DNA of 64,000 nt from Octopus vulgaris (taxonomy: Eukaryota): the NCBI GenBank assembly GCA_951406725.2, contig OX597819.1, positions 39,122,001-39,186,000 of the forward strand. Reading direction: 5' to 3'. Every line of letters begins with the position of its first letter. Position 1 is the stretch's first letter. Below the pieces are notes generated by a model. The model ran no database searches. It was not told the origin of the DNA and worked only from the letters and a program-made list of their open reading frames with translations. Positions 25,505 to 38,904 of the stretch are shown here, piece by piece. Made by a program: the position numbers and the translations under genes.

Positions 25505-25538
<34 letters not shown>

Positions 25539-26872
25539 GAAAGAGGGGAGGGGGGAGAGAGGGAGAGGGATGGAGAGAGAGGGACAGAGAGGGAGAAAAC
25601 ATTTACTAACATAAAAGTATGCTATTAAAATAAATTATTTATATACCTTTTTTTAAATCACTGTTGCAATAATGAAATTCCTTACACACGCACACACGCA
25701 CACATACACACACACACACACACTTATATACAGAGCATGAGAGAGACTGGTAAACTGGAAACTGGGTGTCGTTTACATGAGAAAAGCGAAATGTGAAAGA
25801 GAGAGAGAGATAGAGAGAGAGGGATCTTTTCTGATGCTATCACAAATTTTCAAAATTTAAAATTAAGAGATAATTTTCAAATTTGGTACTTTATTTACTT
25901 TTTCACGCACAATCTGTGTTTATAATTCATTTGTTTTAGAAAAAAATTAGAAAGATGCTAGATTTTAAAGTTTGATCGCTCTTATTCAATCAGAAAACAG
26001 GATTTGCGCATAATAATTGTCATCAAATGAAAGTTAACGTCATCAAATGAAAGTTAAAGAAGATGAGGTTATAAACGAAGTGAAAACAATGCCTGAGAGT
26101 TAATGCATAAACAAAGAGAGTGCCAAAGAGGGCCGGTTTTAAGCCAATTAGATTTGTTCAAATTAAGCCCCGTGCCAAGTAAGGGCCCCGAACACACGTT
26201 CAAACTGAGGACGCTATGGGGAATTACGCCTTTTGACTGCGTCAAGCAAAAATATCCACACAATTCTTCTAATTTTTCGTATGACCAGCGGATTTACGCC
26301 ATGACTTTGGAAAAACATCTTATTTGACTTCAATATTTATTTTCAGCAAAATTAATGCCCGGCAACGTCTGACAGGCAAGGCACCATAATCAGCTTAGCT
26401 CAGTTATCTCAACAAACACCGAAGGGCAAGTTACGCCATCGATTACCACAAGGCATTTGCCAATAGTGTATCTCTCAAGTTATTTTATTTAAAAGTATAT
26501 ATTTATTGGGTTTTTTTTCGCATATATCTATTAATAATTTTGCTAATTAATATGTATATAAATTAATTTTTATAAAGATACTTGTCGTAATAACGTGAAA
26601 TACTCGATGTAATAGCGTGAAAAATAATCAGGGTCGCCCAGCTTGCTTTGTGTCCGATGATTTTTGAAAAACTCTCTTTTGGTACTAATAAAAAAAATTA
26701 TGCTAGTAAAAGCGTTTTCTAAGAAAATAAGGTGTAACTAATTAAATAATAAATGTAAGAAAAAATTAAAATTTCCGTTTTTGTTTTTAGTATCACAAAT
26801 AACATTTTTTAATGTCCAGTTTGTACAAAATGTCTTAATACTGCGAATACAATGAAACTATTTAATCTGTAC

Positions 26873-26913
<41 letters not shown>

Positions 26914-27379
26914 TGTGTGTATTGTGTGTGTGTACGTGTGTTTCAATGTCTTTTGCTGGTCGTTTGTTTATTTGTTTTCTAATATCAAATTATCGTCGCC
27001 ATTTACCTTGCTTGTCAAACTGAAAACTTGGAGTTTTAAATTTGCATATAACAGAGAAGCGGGGGTTATAAGTAGATCCAAGATCCACATATTAAATTAA
27101 CTAATTTTTACTTCATTATCATTGAGAGTATTTACATTTACTAGAACTTGTTTTTTTTTTGCAACTGTGTTTTACTTACTCCCAGGCCGTAAAAAATAAA
27201 AAAAAAAAACTATTTTGCTTTAATTATAGGATGCATATACGCACATATTTATTTTTCCAGAGCCAGGATGTCTTTATTGTAAATGATTTTGTTTTGTAAT
27301 TTTAGTTTATTGTTGCCGTTTACCTTTTCTAAACAAATATAACAGAAAAAGCCCTTACATCTTGGCAAGTACAAGGAGC

Positions 27380-28784
27380 GATAGAAACAATACACAAAAA
27401 GATTTGAGTGACAATCGGAAATGAGCACTTGTCAAGGCTAAGGCAGCTGAGAAGAAACACTGAAGAGGTGCTGTAACGAAATTTCTTGTCACTCCAACTA
27501 TGAAGCGACAACGTATTCAGAAAATGATAACATAACCATTAATCCAATTATAGTTGATGAATACAATGATGAAATTGGTATCAACTTAGAAAACGATGAT
27601 GCCGCTGTGAATCAAGTTAAGACAATGTTAACGTACCAAAAGACCATACCAAAACGGTAAGTCTAGGTATCACTGATGAAGACCACGACCAAACATCACA
27701 CAGCCATGCTTCATCCACGAGTCAGATATAATCCAAAATTTAAGTGATATTTAACAATGAAAGTTTCTCCTAATATTCCGGTGAACAACTTTCCACGAAA
27801 TGAAAGGAGATTGTGTTTTTCTAAATTTCACTGTAAGAGGAAACTTCCAAAAGGTAAATGCGTCGAAAGACCTTGGATTATATACTCTCTTCCTGCCGAT
27901 AGAATTTATTGGTTTTGCTGTAAGCTTTTAGCAACAACACAACCATTGCATTGTCATCAAATGGATTCAACGACTATTCTAGTCTTCAATTCAAGTTTAT
28001 GTGAGCATGGAAGTTCTAAGATCCACTTGTAAACCACATGGAGATTCTCAGAGTTGCATCAAAGACTTTGTAGTGGATAGACCATTGACAAAGAACATGA
28101 AATAATCGTCAATGAACATGCAAAGCACTGGCAGCAAGTTTTCAAATGGCTAGTGACAATAATGCAGTTTCTTGCTGAGAGAAATTTAACATTTAGAGGG
28201 ACATCAGAAACAGTTGGTAAAGAGTATAGCCAAGGCTATGACAACGGTTGTAACATGCTGGTCATATCTCTGGAGTAGAAGCCAGACTGTTGAAGGATAA
28301 TTCAAGACCTTTCTTTGAGGCTCCACTGTTAGTCACAATGTTATATTAAAAACTGAAAGCTCATATGAAAGTTTTAATGTTTTATTACAAGTCAAGATAA
28401 TTACTGACATATTGTTTGTTAATAGGTTTTCTAAAAACAGTCTTTTCTGATCTTTTTATCTGAGAATTCTTTCAAAATCATTTCAAAATCAAAGTTTTTT
28501 AAAATGATTTAAATGATAAAAAGACCAGAAAAGACTGTTTTTAGAAGATCGATTCACAAACAATATGTCAGTAATTATCTTGACTTGTAATAAAGCATTA
28601 AAACTTTCACATGAGTTTTCAATTTTTAATATACCATTGTGACTAACGGTGGAGTCTCAAGCCCTCGACGCTTGAGACGGACGTACTAAACGAAGCATAA
28701 AACATCAGTCTTCAGCTTTTGTAGAATAGAGGGCTCCACTAACAGTTTTCTAATTCAGCACCGCACTTCATGGAGTCGGCCTTG
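27380..28784 (+). mobile_element. Decayed hAT (Tip100/ZMYM1-like) transposon
   Basis: RPWIIYS..DRIYWFCCKL (TTF-type zinc finger), HWQQVF..FLAERNLTFRG, QGYDNG motifs; right end GGAGTCGGCCTTG is hAT-TIR-like; left end uncertain. Confidence 0.75.
28317..28658. mobile_element. Foldback MITE with arms of about 145 bp, inserted in the hAT relic
   Basis: GAGGCTCCACTGTTAGTCACAATG../..CATTGTGACTAACGGTGGAGTCTC; flanked by TT and AA. Confidence 0.85.
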
Positions 28785-29665
28785 TGTGGAAGTACTAATA
28801 AAAATTATATTTAGTTAATGAAATCTAATTAGACTGAAATATGTACTCAACACTGTGCTGTCAAATACCACATCCGCTTTCCACTACATTCTATTTTTTA
28901 TTAATACAATTTAATTTAAATTTTAGGATTGTCACTCCTGTCTCTTTTTTTTTGTTTCTTAACAATTAATCATTCGGTTAACTTTTTTTTCTCTTGACTT
29001 CAAACGTAATTTTGAATAATCAAAATGCCTTAATTCTCGCCATAAAATAAATTAGCGTCGACTTAACTATAAATTTTGCAGTAATTTGGTTGTTTGCACC
29101 AGCATAGCTGTATGAAATGCCTGCAACAAGTGTAAAAGAGCAAAACGGAGTCTTGCATGATGGTACACTAGTTTCAATTCGTATTGTGATATATCGAGAG
29201 CAAGCTGTGTCACTTTATGTTTATAGTTTAAGATATTGCCGGTTATGTGCTGCAGTTTTTTAATGTAGTGGTATGCGAAACTGATTCTTCCAATTCTACT
29301 GAAATCATAATTCTTCCAGTGGTGCACTCTCTTTGCTTTAATAGTACACAGCAAATTATGCCAAATATGTCGAAGACATTACTTTACAATTCCCAGTTTG
29401 TGCTATAGAAATATAATTTAGGAACGCTATTGATTAACAGCGGGTTTCCGATGTGGACAGATTGCGCTACGTGACTGTAACATCCTGTAAACTTAGGCTA
29501 TTTCTGCTACATCTAATGGTCTCATTTGCAAAGATGTATATTTAATGTTTATTCAGACAGAATAAAATGATCTATTTGTAATGGATGATTTAATAGACAA
29601 ATCCGTTTTAAGAATTACCATACGAGTTTATACTTATAACATGGATTAACAGATATATTTAACAT

Positions 29666-29667
<2 letters not shown>

Positions 29668-29728
<61 letters not shown>

Positions 29729-29875
29729 CATACATATGTATACGTACGTATGTATGTATGTACAATATCGCTGCTTGGAACTTTGATGCCTTCAGCGAAG
29801 TACCTCATTAATCACTGCCAAGGAAATAAGTTCATTGCTTTTTAACTAATAGATAACATCTATTCTTTAAATGTT

Positions 29876-29971
<96 letters not shown>

Positions 29972-30020
29972 TCTGTGTGTGTCTGTGTGTGTCTGTGTTT
30001 GTGTGTATGTATATATATAT
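29668..30020. repeat. (TA)n and (TG)n microsatellites
   Basis: Directly visible. Confidence 0.9.
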
Positions 30021-30503
30021 TAGTTCAACCGCGGAACATAAATGAGACAGACGGAGCTGATTGTTCTAGGATCAAAACCACTAACTTCAGTTTACTTCCT
30101 ATTTTTCCGGTGGAGAGGTTGCGAGTGATAAATAAAAATACCAGTACGGTACGGTAGTTGATTCAATTGACTCTACATATCCTCTACAAAACAAGAACAT
30201 GTGTTCATATAATATAAACTAGCGGGACCCGTGGAAAACTCACAGTGTAAGTCAGCGTATTTGAATATCCACTTTCCCTTCTGCCGATCTATGTATTCGT
30301 CTGTTCTCATAATATCGACGAGAATTTAAACTTAGTAACAATATATATATATATATGAAAATAAAATGAAAGCCTATGCCTTAGCAATTGACACAGCTTG
30401 TAGCCTGGCACTGGCAAAAGATTCAAGTGTAACATCCACAGCTATTTGCTAAGGTTATTTCACTTTAATTTAACTATCTGACATATCTTTTCATGCATAA
30501 ATT

Positions 30504-30923
30504 GGATCTTTTCGGTTTGAACGGCAGATTTTAACATAATTTTTAGGTAACTAAAAAAATTTTAAACTTCGTATACTGGTAGAATGTGTTTATAAAACAT
30601 CTTTTTCTCTTGTCTTTATTGAGAAAATTCTACAGTTTGTAAGATATTTGTTGTTTGTTTTTTCTTCAATTTCTGCAATTTCAACCAATCACTGACGTCT
30701 ATTGAGGTAAAAAACATTCTGTGCCGTATGAATATGTCTCTCGTTTAAGAAACAGATTGGGTTTATTTACATTTGTGAAGAAAAAAAGATACCCTTCCCC
30801 CCACCCCTAACCCTAACCCTAAAACAGATTGAAATGCAATAGATCGATTCTGGGGTCATAATTATGGGTGACAATTTCATATGACACCGCTAGAAAAAAC
30901 TGCCGTTCAAACCGAAAAGATCC
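30504..30923 (+). mobile_element. Telomeric-repeat-bearing MITE, copy 4
   Basis: Same TIRs; (CCCTAA)3; imperfect TSD cataaatt/caacaaatt. Confidence 0.9.
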
Positions 30924-31042
30924 CAACAAATTTATAGACCCTTATGACATTGTTTCATTGTGATAAACATTTCGATTCCACCTTGATTTGAACACGCAAA
31001 TGCAGAATAACATAGACCCTATCTCTCTCACTCTCTCTCCCC

Positions 31043-31360
<318 letters not shown>

Positions 31361-31886
31361 TTCGCTTAACTCTTTATCTCCCCTTCTCCCTTTTCTTTTT
31401 CTGTATTACCTTTCTCCATTCCAGCTATTAATTCTGTAGCGTACTTTGACCACTTGCTCATTGTATGAACAGGAATAGTATTGAGGCAGTTGAGATTTAT
31501 TAAAAGAAACAGTTTGTTCAGACTTTAACGAGTAACTAATTAAACGTTGATAACTAACTACTAGTTTATTTTGTTGTACCAGAAAGCATCTACGTAGTCG
31601 CCTTACATTCTTGAAATAGCGGCCAAATATTCCTCAATGCACACATACTCACGACTTAAATTAATAAGGATGCATTGGAAAAAATTAAAAGTGTGTTTTA
31701 TGTTAAAGGTAGAGTATGGACCCTAGTATAAATCTATTAATACTTATTCGTTACACTACTACAGGTGAAACTTACCACTGCTATTACACAGTGCTTGCCA
31801 ACTAGTTTTTCAGCCTTGCGCTCAATAATTTTGCATCATATGCGAATGCATGTACAATATATAAATTATTCATAAGTAATCAGATA

Positions 31887-32317
31887 GGATCTTTTCGGTT
31901 TGAACGGCAGTTTTTAACATAATTTCTAGGTAACTAAAAAATTTTAAACTTCGTATACTGGTAGAATGTGTTTATGAAACATCTTTTTCTCTTGGCTTTA
32001 TTGAGAAAATTCTACAGTTTGTAAGATATTTGTTGTTATTTTTCTTCAATTTCTGGATTTTCAACCAATTACTGACGTCTATTGAGGTAAAAAAAACATT
32101 CTGTGCCGTATGAATATGTCCCTCGTTTAAGAAACATTTTGGGTTTATTTACATTTGTGAAGAAAAAAAGATACCCTTCCCCCCACCCCTAACCGTAACC
32201 CTAATCCTAACCCTAAAACAAATTGAAATGCAATAGATCGATACTAGGATCATAATTATTGGTGACAATTTCATATGACACCGCTAGAAAAAACTGCCGT
32301 TCAAACCGAAAAGATCC
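31887..32317 (+). mobile_element. Telomeric-repeat-bearing MITE, copy 5
   Basis: Same TIRs; TSD ATCAGATA/ACCAGATA; five CCCTAA-like units. Confidence 0.9.
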
Positions 32318-32481
32318 ACCAGATATTTTGGATTAAAAATTAATTTTAAACAATATCAAGATTTTACATTGAATTTATGAAGAAAATGTTTTAAAATTTT
32401 TAACGTTTTCATATGATGATTGCTTAAACAATATGTTCCAAAGTGTAATTAGAAGCGCTGGAGCAGTTATTGCATGATGTA

Positions 32482-32742
32482 TAAAACAAATAAATGCGCC
32501 CTTTTAAATTCTAGCCAGGCTCATGGGCCCGGTTTCCCGATTTCTATGGCGTATATGTTCCCCAGCTGAACGGGACGCCAGTCCAACGCAGCATTACTCA
32601 TTTTTGCCAACTGAGTGGACTGGAGCAACGTGAAATGAAGTGTTTTGCTCAAGAACACAATGCGTCGCCCGGTCCAGGAATCGAAACCACAATCTTACGA
32701 TCATGGTGGTGACACCCTAACCACAAAGCCACGCGCCTCCAC
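32482..32742 (-). mobile_element. tRNA-derived SINE family D
   Basis: Head GTGGAGGCGCGTGGCTTTGTGGTTAGG..GTTTCGATTCC; 14-bp TSD TATTGCATGATGTA. Confidence 0.9.
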
Positions 32743-32757
32743 TATTGCATGATGTAA

Positions 32758-33099
32758 AGGGTAAAGACCCCCTTCGGTCATGAATGACCATGGGATTGCA
32801 CCTAGAAAGTTACCCTCCCAGGCACAAGTCCGGGCAAGGTTGTTTATGGAAAACCAGCAGTCGCCCATGCATACCGGCCTCCCCTCTCCACGCCACCAGT
32901 GTTATCCAAGGGAAAGACAAAAGTCGATACAGCTTGGCACCAGTGACGTCGCAACTCATTTCTACAGCTGAGTGAACTGGAGCAACGTGAAATAAAGTGC
33001 CTTGCTCAAGAACACAACACGCAGCCCGGTCCGGGATTCGAGCTCACAACCTCACGATCGTAAGCTCGACGCTCTAACCACTGAGCCATACGCCTTCAC
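32758..33099 (-). mobile_element. tRNA-derived SINE family E
   Basis: Head GTGAAGGCGTATGGCTCAGTGGTTAGAGC..CTCGAATCCC; body shared with family D; TTTACCC tail; TSD TGATGTAA. Confidence 0.9.
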
Positions 33100-33517
33100 T
33101 GATGTAATCAGACATAAATGACCAACACCCTAGTAAAATTCCAAACGTAAGAAATGTCTCCTCAGTTTATATATTACTCTTTTAATCGTTTGTTTGTTTC
33201 AACCATGCGGCTGCAGTTATGCTGGAACACAACGTTTTGAAAAACTATTGTGCCAAGTCATTTAATATTTAATTCTATTATGATTATAATGTTTCAGTGA
33301 TTTTGTTTTTCAAAATTGTATATTCATAATACGGTATGAACGAAAGTATTTAAGAATATCAAAACTGTTTTAATTTAATCTATCTACAAATTTTATTGAT
33401 TGACCAAAAATATCATCAATATAAATTTTCAAATAATGTAAAAGAAAAAATTATAAGCTGTTATCCTACGGAACTTTTCAACAAACTGTGAGTGGATTTG
33501 GTAGACGGAAACTGAAA

Positions 33518-33552
<35 letters not shown>

Positions 33553-33566
33553 CATACATATATATA

Positions 33567-34172
33567 TACGTAGTCTGATCAATAAGTATCCGGACTGTTT
33601 GCATAGTAATGAAACTAAAGTATGCAAATTAAAGCTGCTTGGCACAGAATGACCTTTAGCTTTGCTGAGCATGTGCACTAAGTTTTAACGTCCTAGCTCA
33701 CTTCCGCTGTTTACAGCAGTGCTTGGAAGGAACGTTTGTAGCATTTATCATGATAGAGAAAGTTGAGCAGAGAATTTGCATCAAGTTTTGCCAAAAGCTT
33801 GGCGATACCTGCTCAGAGGCCTACGTAAAGTTTTTAAAAAGTTCTCATCGTTCTCGACACAATCAAGGAAATCTTGTGCAACTGAAACCCGAGTGTCTTT
33901 TTGGTCAGCTAAAAGCAGTTTGGACACAAACTTGGCAGGCACGCGTCTCACACCAAAATCTTCAGTGCTGATAGACTGAACTGAACCGTAGCTAATCTTC
34001 ACATTCTCTGATAACTCACGGATGGTGATTCGATGATTTTCCCCTCACAGCTGCACGTACATTTGTGATGTTTTTCTCAATTTTAATGGTTCCAGATCTC
34101 CCAGAACGTTCATCAACTTCGACATTTTTTCGGCCATCTTGGAAACATCTGAACCACTCGTAACACAGATTC
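33567..34172. mobile_element. Mariner relic with internal inversion
   Basis: TIR-like TACGTAGTCTGATCAATAAGTATCCGGAC; + strand MIEKVEQRICIKFCQKLG, then the continuation (..RRVPAKFVSKLL..QDFLD) on the minus strand. Confidence 0.8.
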
Positions 34173-35299
34173 GTGGTGATTAGTCAATGATACGATTTGT
34201 AATAGAAAAATGCACTGTTATTATCTGCTTTGATTGTTATATGGTTGCGGCAGTCCAGTTGCAACCATCCCCACTTTTTTTCCTCGGAACTATTGGAAAG
34301 TTCTTCATTATCCAATGTGTTATTATTATTTTTTTTCGTTTTTTAAGGCAGTAGAGTACAATTTGGGGAAGATTCAGCTGCTATTTCTTGCTCATCGACC
34401 GACCACTTAGAGACTCATTCTTTGGTCCTTTGTTTCAGTATTACTTAAAAGAACAACTATAAAAATTATGATGAACATATAATAAAAATAGACGTAATTG
34501 GCGCAGTCTGAAACAATTGTTTGTTAAGTTCATTAGACAAAAGTCAATAACAGTTTACAAATAAATGAACAAATAAGTTATTCTCTTTCTCAACCGGCAC
34601 GATCTCTGTTTTCAATACCACTTCAGATTTAACGTAACTCAATACAACGTTTAGATTTCCAACAAGGTTTGAAAATATCGATGAGACGTCGTCGTCAAAA
34701 GGGCGATGTGCATCGATCAGTCTATAATAGTATAAGCTTCTCAGGATCAAACGCTAATTACATTTGTTCAGATAAATGTAATTACGCTGGGGTGATTAGT
34801 TTTTCAGAATTAATTCATCGCAGACAATTTTAGAAGTTTCTCCACGACTGGAATAACAAGTAAAACGTTCTTTAATTTTAATAGACATCACACTGATCTT
34901 AAACACGAGTAAATTTGCCAACACTTCGCTTCGTTAGTTAAATAGCCGATCAGTAGTCTTGTGTCGACTGTTTCAACATCTTTTCTTAATCTTTTGAGAG
35001 ATTTGCTAAAGTTCAATGTGCCTTGAAATCGATTTCATTGATTTTTTTTTTTATATATATATATATACATATATTATGAATAACAGTTGACCTTAGCAAT
35101 ATCTTTGGTCACTGACTTCAGGCGTGCACAGAGAAAAGTTTATTTATTTATCTTATTGCTAATGGATACTAGTGGTGGATCGTGTCTTGTACATTTTAAA
35201 CCCAGCGAAGACCATCCCTCTCCAGGTCTAAATATAGCCAAATTCTTCCGGAGAGAAAGCTTAAGAGAGGGCCAGGGGCTGGGAGTAAGAGAGAGAGAG

Positions 35300-35330
<31 letters not shown>

Positions 35331-35439
35331 GTGTGTGTGTATATGTATGTATATATATATGTATGTATGTATGTATGTACGTATGTATGTATGTATGTAT
35401 GTATGTATGTATGTATGTATATATATATATATATATATA

Positions 35440-35633
35440 GGTCCTGGGTTGAGTCGGGGTTAACCACAGTAAATAAGGTACTCAATACATAGCAGAGTAA
35501 ATTAATTAATTTATTTTATAGAAGGAGCTTCTACAGGACTAGAACTGTTTCATTCAAAAGAAATCATCAGCTTCCTGATGATTTCTTTTGAATGAAACAG
35601 TTCTAGTCCTGTAGAAGCTCCTTCTATAAAATA

Positions 35634-35639
<6 letters not shown>
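35440..35639. mobile_element. Penelope-like fragment forming a 62-bp-arm palindrome, within (TA)n
   Basis: Arms at 35509-35570 and 35575-35636, loop CTTC; (TA)n on both sides. Confidence 0.75.
35569..35619 (+). ncRNA. Type I hammerhead ribozyme motif
   Basis: AGCTTC-CTGATGA-tTTC tttt GAAt-GAAA-CAG ttctagtc CTG-TA-GAAGCT: stem I 6 bp, stems II and III form, GUA cleavage triplet. Confidence 0.75.
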
Positions 35640-35724
<85 letters not shown>

Positions 35725-36592
35725 TGTATCTATGTATGTATGTATGTATGTATGTATGTATCCAATAAATATTCATTCTAAAAAATGTTCGTTCTCTCGT
35801 CAGTTCTATTTTTTACAACAGGATCCACTTTATCCACTTTAACTCCGACGATGATCATATACATAGTCAAAAGTTTTCTGATTCCAGCTTCCATACATAC
35901 CTTCTTCATACTGAAGTTCTGAGTTGCTACAAAATATGAAGCGCTCAGTTTTAAACTGACTCAACTGGTTAATAGACTCCAGTTGTAAATGTGTGTGTAC
36001 GTGCGTGCGTGCGTGCGTGTGTGTGTGTGTGTGTGTGTGTGCGTGTGTGTATGTGTGTGTGTGCATGTGTGTGTGTGCGTGCGTGTGTGCGTGCTATATG
36101 CACAATTGTCCCGAAGATTCTGGAAATTCAGTTCATAAATATTTAAATATTGAAGAGGTTGTTAGCCTTGTAAGATAGCTTAATATTAAACCTTAAATAT
36201 TAAGCCAATCACTTCAATAAAGGAGTAATTTGGTATAGTTAGCAAATGTTTTATTAGATTCATTACACGGGAAATGTTACTGGAATGGCATTGCAGTAAC
36301 ATTACTACTAATGGGTTTAATCGCATGGAAGACATTCACAATTGTTAATATATCCAATTCGATGTAGTAAAATTCTGTCCTTACCCTTCACGATGTTTTA
36401 TATAGGATTCGGTAAAATAAATAACCCTATGAACAACACTGATATCAATATAATAATAAACTCAAGGAAGTAATTATTTCATGATAATTTCTTTTGGATT
36501 ATGAAACACGAATACGAAGTTTTCGATGTATCCATGGGTAGCTTTGTCACATCAAGGATATATCCATGGGTAGCTATCACATCAAGGATGTT

Positions 36593-36898
36593 TTTTTTTG
36601 TTCCTTCTCGAGCCATGCCTGGCTCATAAGGGCCGGTTTCCCGGGTTTTTTGGCGTATAGGTTCCCCACCTGGACGGGACGCCAGTCCGTCGCAGGTAAG
36701 CTGGAAGATGCAGGAGGAAAGAGTGAGAGAAAGTTGTGGCGAAAGGATCAGCAGAAGTTTCGCTATTACCTTCCGTCGGAGCTGCGTGGAGCTTAGGTGT
36801 TTCGCTCATAAGCACACACATCGTCCGGTCTGAAATTCGAACCCGCGATCCCTCGACCGTGAGTCCGCTGCTCTAACCACTAGGCCATGTGCCTCCAC
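36593..36898 (-). mobile_element. tRNA-derived SINE family A, full length
   Basis: Head GTGGAGGCACATGGCCTAGTGGTTAG..GGTTCGAAT; TSD atc(a/g)aggatgtt. Confidence 0.9.
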
Positions 36899-37825
36899 AT
36901 CGAGGATGTTCTTGTTGGGTCAAAAGAGGAGGAGGTATGAGAAGGTGTCTTTGTCTGCTCTTGATTACATAAGAACCGACAACAATTATCATGAATAAGT
37001 CATACTCAGTCGTGAGTGACTGTTGGCTGTACTTCGTATTCAATGTTGGTTGACGACTAAAGCAGCTCCGGCAAAGTCGGTAGTTTATCTAATGGGCTTC
37101 CTCTACTCAAGTCTAAACTATAGCTGTAATTACTTGCGTCGTAGGAAACGAATTCTGTGAAAAGCTGTTAATAGCTTTTGTTTAGATAATGAATCGGTGT
37201 TCACTAAAAAGACTCCAGTGGATTTATTGAGCTTTGTTGGGGATATAAACTGGATTTCTAGAAACACGAGTTTAAAATCGAGAAAGAGACTGCACACTGC
37301 TGTTAAATTGTCGTCACTCGTGGATATTTTATTCGTGATTGGCATGGTAATATATGCATGGTTGATAACAATTTCTTTTTATCATCTTCTATTCTGTTTA
37401 ACGGGCTGCTTTTTAACTCTTGTTTTATGAGATATCAAATAAATTAGTCGTGCGGTTGTCAATAAGTTGACGTCTCGCTGTAAAATTTCCCACGAGAGAG
37501 CAAATACAGATAGGAAAATCGTTCAAATGTTTCCAATGGCAACAATAAGAGACTTTGGTTTGTATACGGCAATGAAATGAAATGAATTACTAAAAAGAAA
37601 AAAGAAAACATAGATTTGGCTTGTCAAAAATGTCCTTTCATATTTATTCTTATTTCATCTACCTACAGCTTTGAAGTATAGTGTCAGGCCAAGTACTTTC
37701 TTCTAACAATTTCCCAATTTCAGCTGTAAAGGTGGGAAAATAAAATAAAATAAAATAAAAGGGTAACAGAGAAATAACAAAAATACAGATAAGGTAGAAA
37801 TGAAAGAAAGTCAGCAAGACATGGC

Positions 37826-37882
<57 letters not shown>

Positions 37883-37907
37883 TCTTTGTTTCCCTTTTAT
37901 TTTATTT

Positions 37908-37966
<59 letters not shown>

Positions 37967-38343
37967 TACATGCAGATATATATATACACACACATATATA
38001 TATATATCTGCATGCAAGTGTGTATATATATATATATATATATACATATATATGTATAATGTATCTGTGCGTTTACACGTGCAAATACATATATGTGAGA
38101 GAAAGGGGAAAGATAGGGAGAGAAAGGTGTTGACGGAGAGAGATGAAGTGAAGAAGAGTGCTCTGAATACAAATTTTTCTCAATCAAATTAATATTTCAT
38201 ATTCCCATTGGAACTTCTTTGGTAGAGGATGGGGTGGGGGGAGGAGGAAGAAGAAGAGGAAGAGGTGGAGGGGAAGAGGAGGGAAGAAGAAGAAGAAGAA
38301 GAAGAAGAAGAAGAAGAAGAAGAAGAAGAAGAAGAAGAAGGGA
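37826..38343. repeat. (TA)n tracts and (GAA)n tract
   Basis: Directly visible. Confidence 0.9.
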
Positions 38344-38904
38344 AGTTTTAAGATTATTATTCCTTTTCGTAAGTGTGATTTATTATTAATTATCCCGCTT
38401 GGGCCAAAGAAAAGGACTTTCGAGTGACAGCCCTGTTTTCATCTATCTTTCCCCTAAAACACCGCCATACAGTGGACTCAATAACAATATTGACACATGT
38501 AGAAATAGAGACATACAAACAGAATGAATGCTAACCATTCATCCTACTTTCCTTTTCACTCCATTCTGCTCTTTTCCTAAAAAGAACGGGTACAAATATG
38601 CAAAAAGAGCCGTCTAAATCCTACTTGGGTGTATGTGTGTATATATATCCAAAATTAGAGAATGGAGTAGATAAAATCCAGGCTGCATATGTTTCATAGC
38701 TAGTAGAACCTCGGAAGTAGTAATTAACCAAAGGAGATGTAAACTGCTAGCTAGAAGTGAAAATTTACAACCTTCTATGTCAATAAACCATTATTGTTCT
38801 GAAAAGTTGTTTTTTATACTGTCTACGGACTGCCCGAAGCTTACTAACTTCATACACCTTGATCCTTGGATCTTACCTTTACACACACACACACACGAGC
38901 AGGG

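Noticed and set aside
27673-27700. Other isolated CTGANGA heptamers (also 2764, 20995, 23164)
   Set aside because: No properly placed GAAA or flanking stems
27757-28320. Host ZMYM1-like zinc finger gene
   Set aside because: Frameshifted, deleted and interrupted by a MITE; fits a hAT relic
33020-33099. tRNA gene candidates at SINE heads (also 36820-36898 and 150-227)
   Set aside because: A/B boxes are present but continue into SINE bodies with TSDs; no convincing acceptor stem
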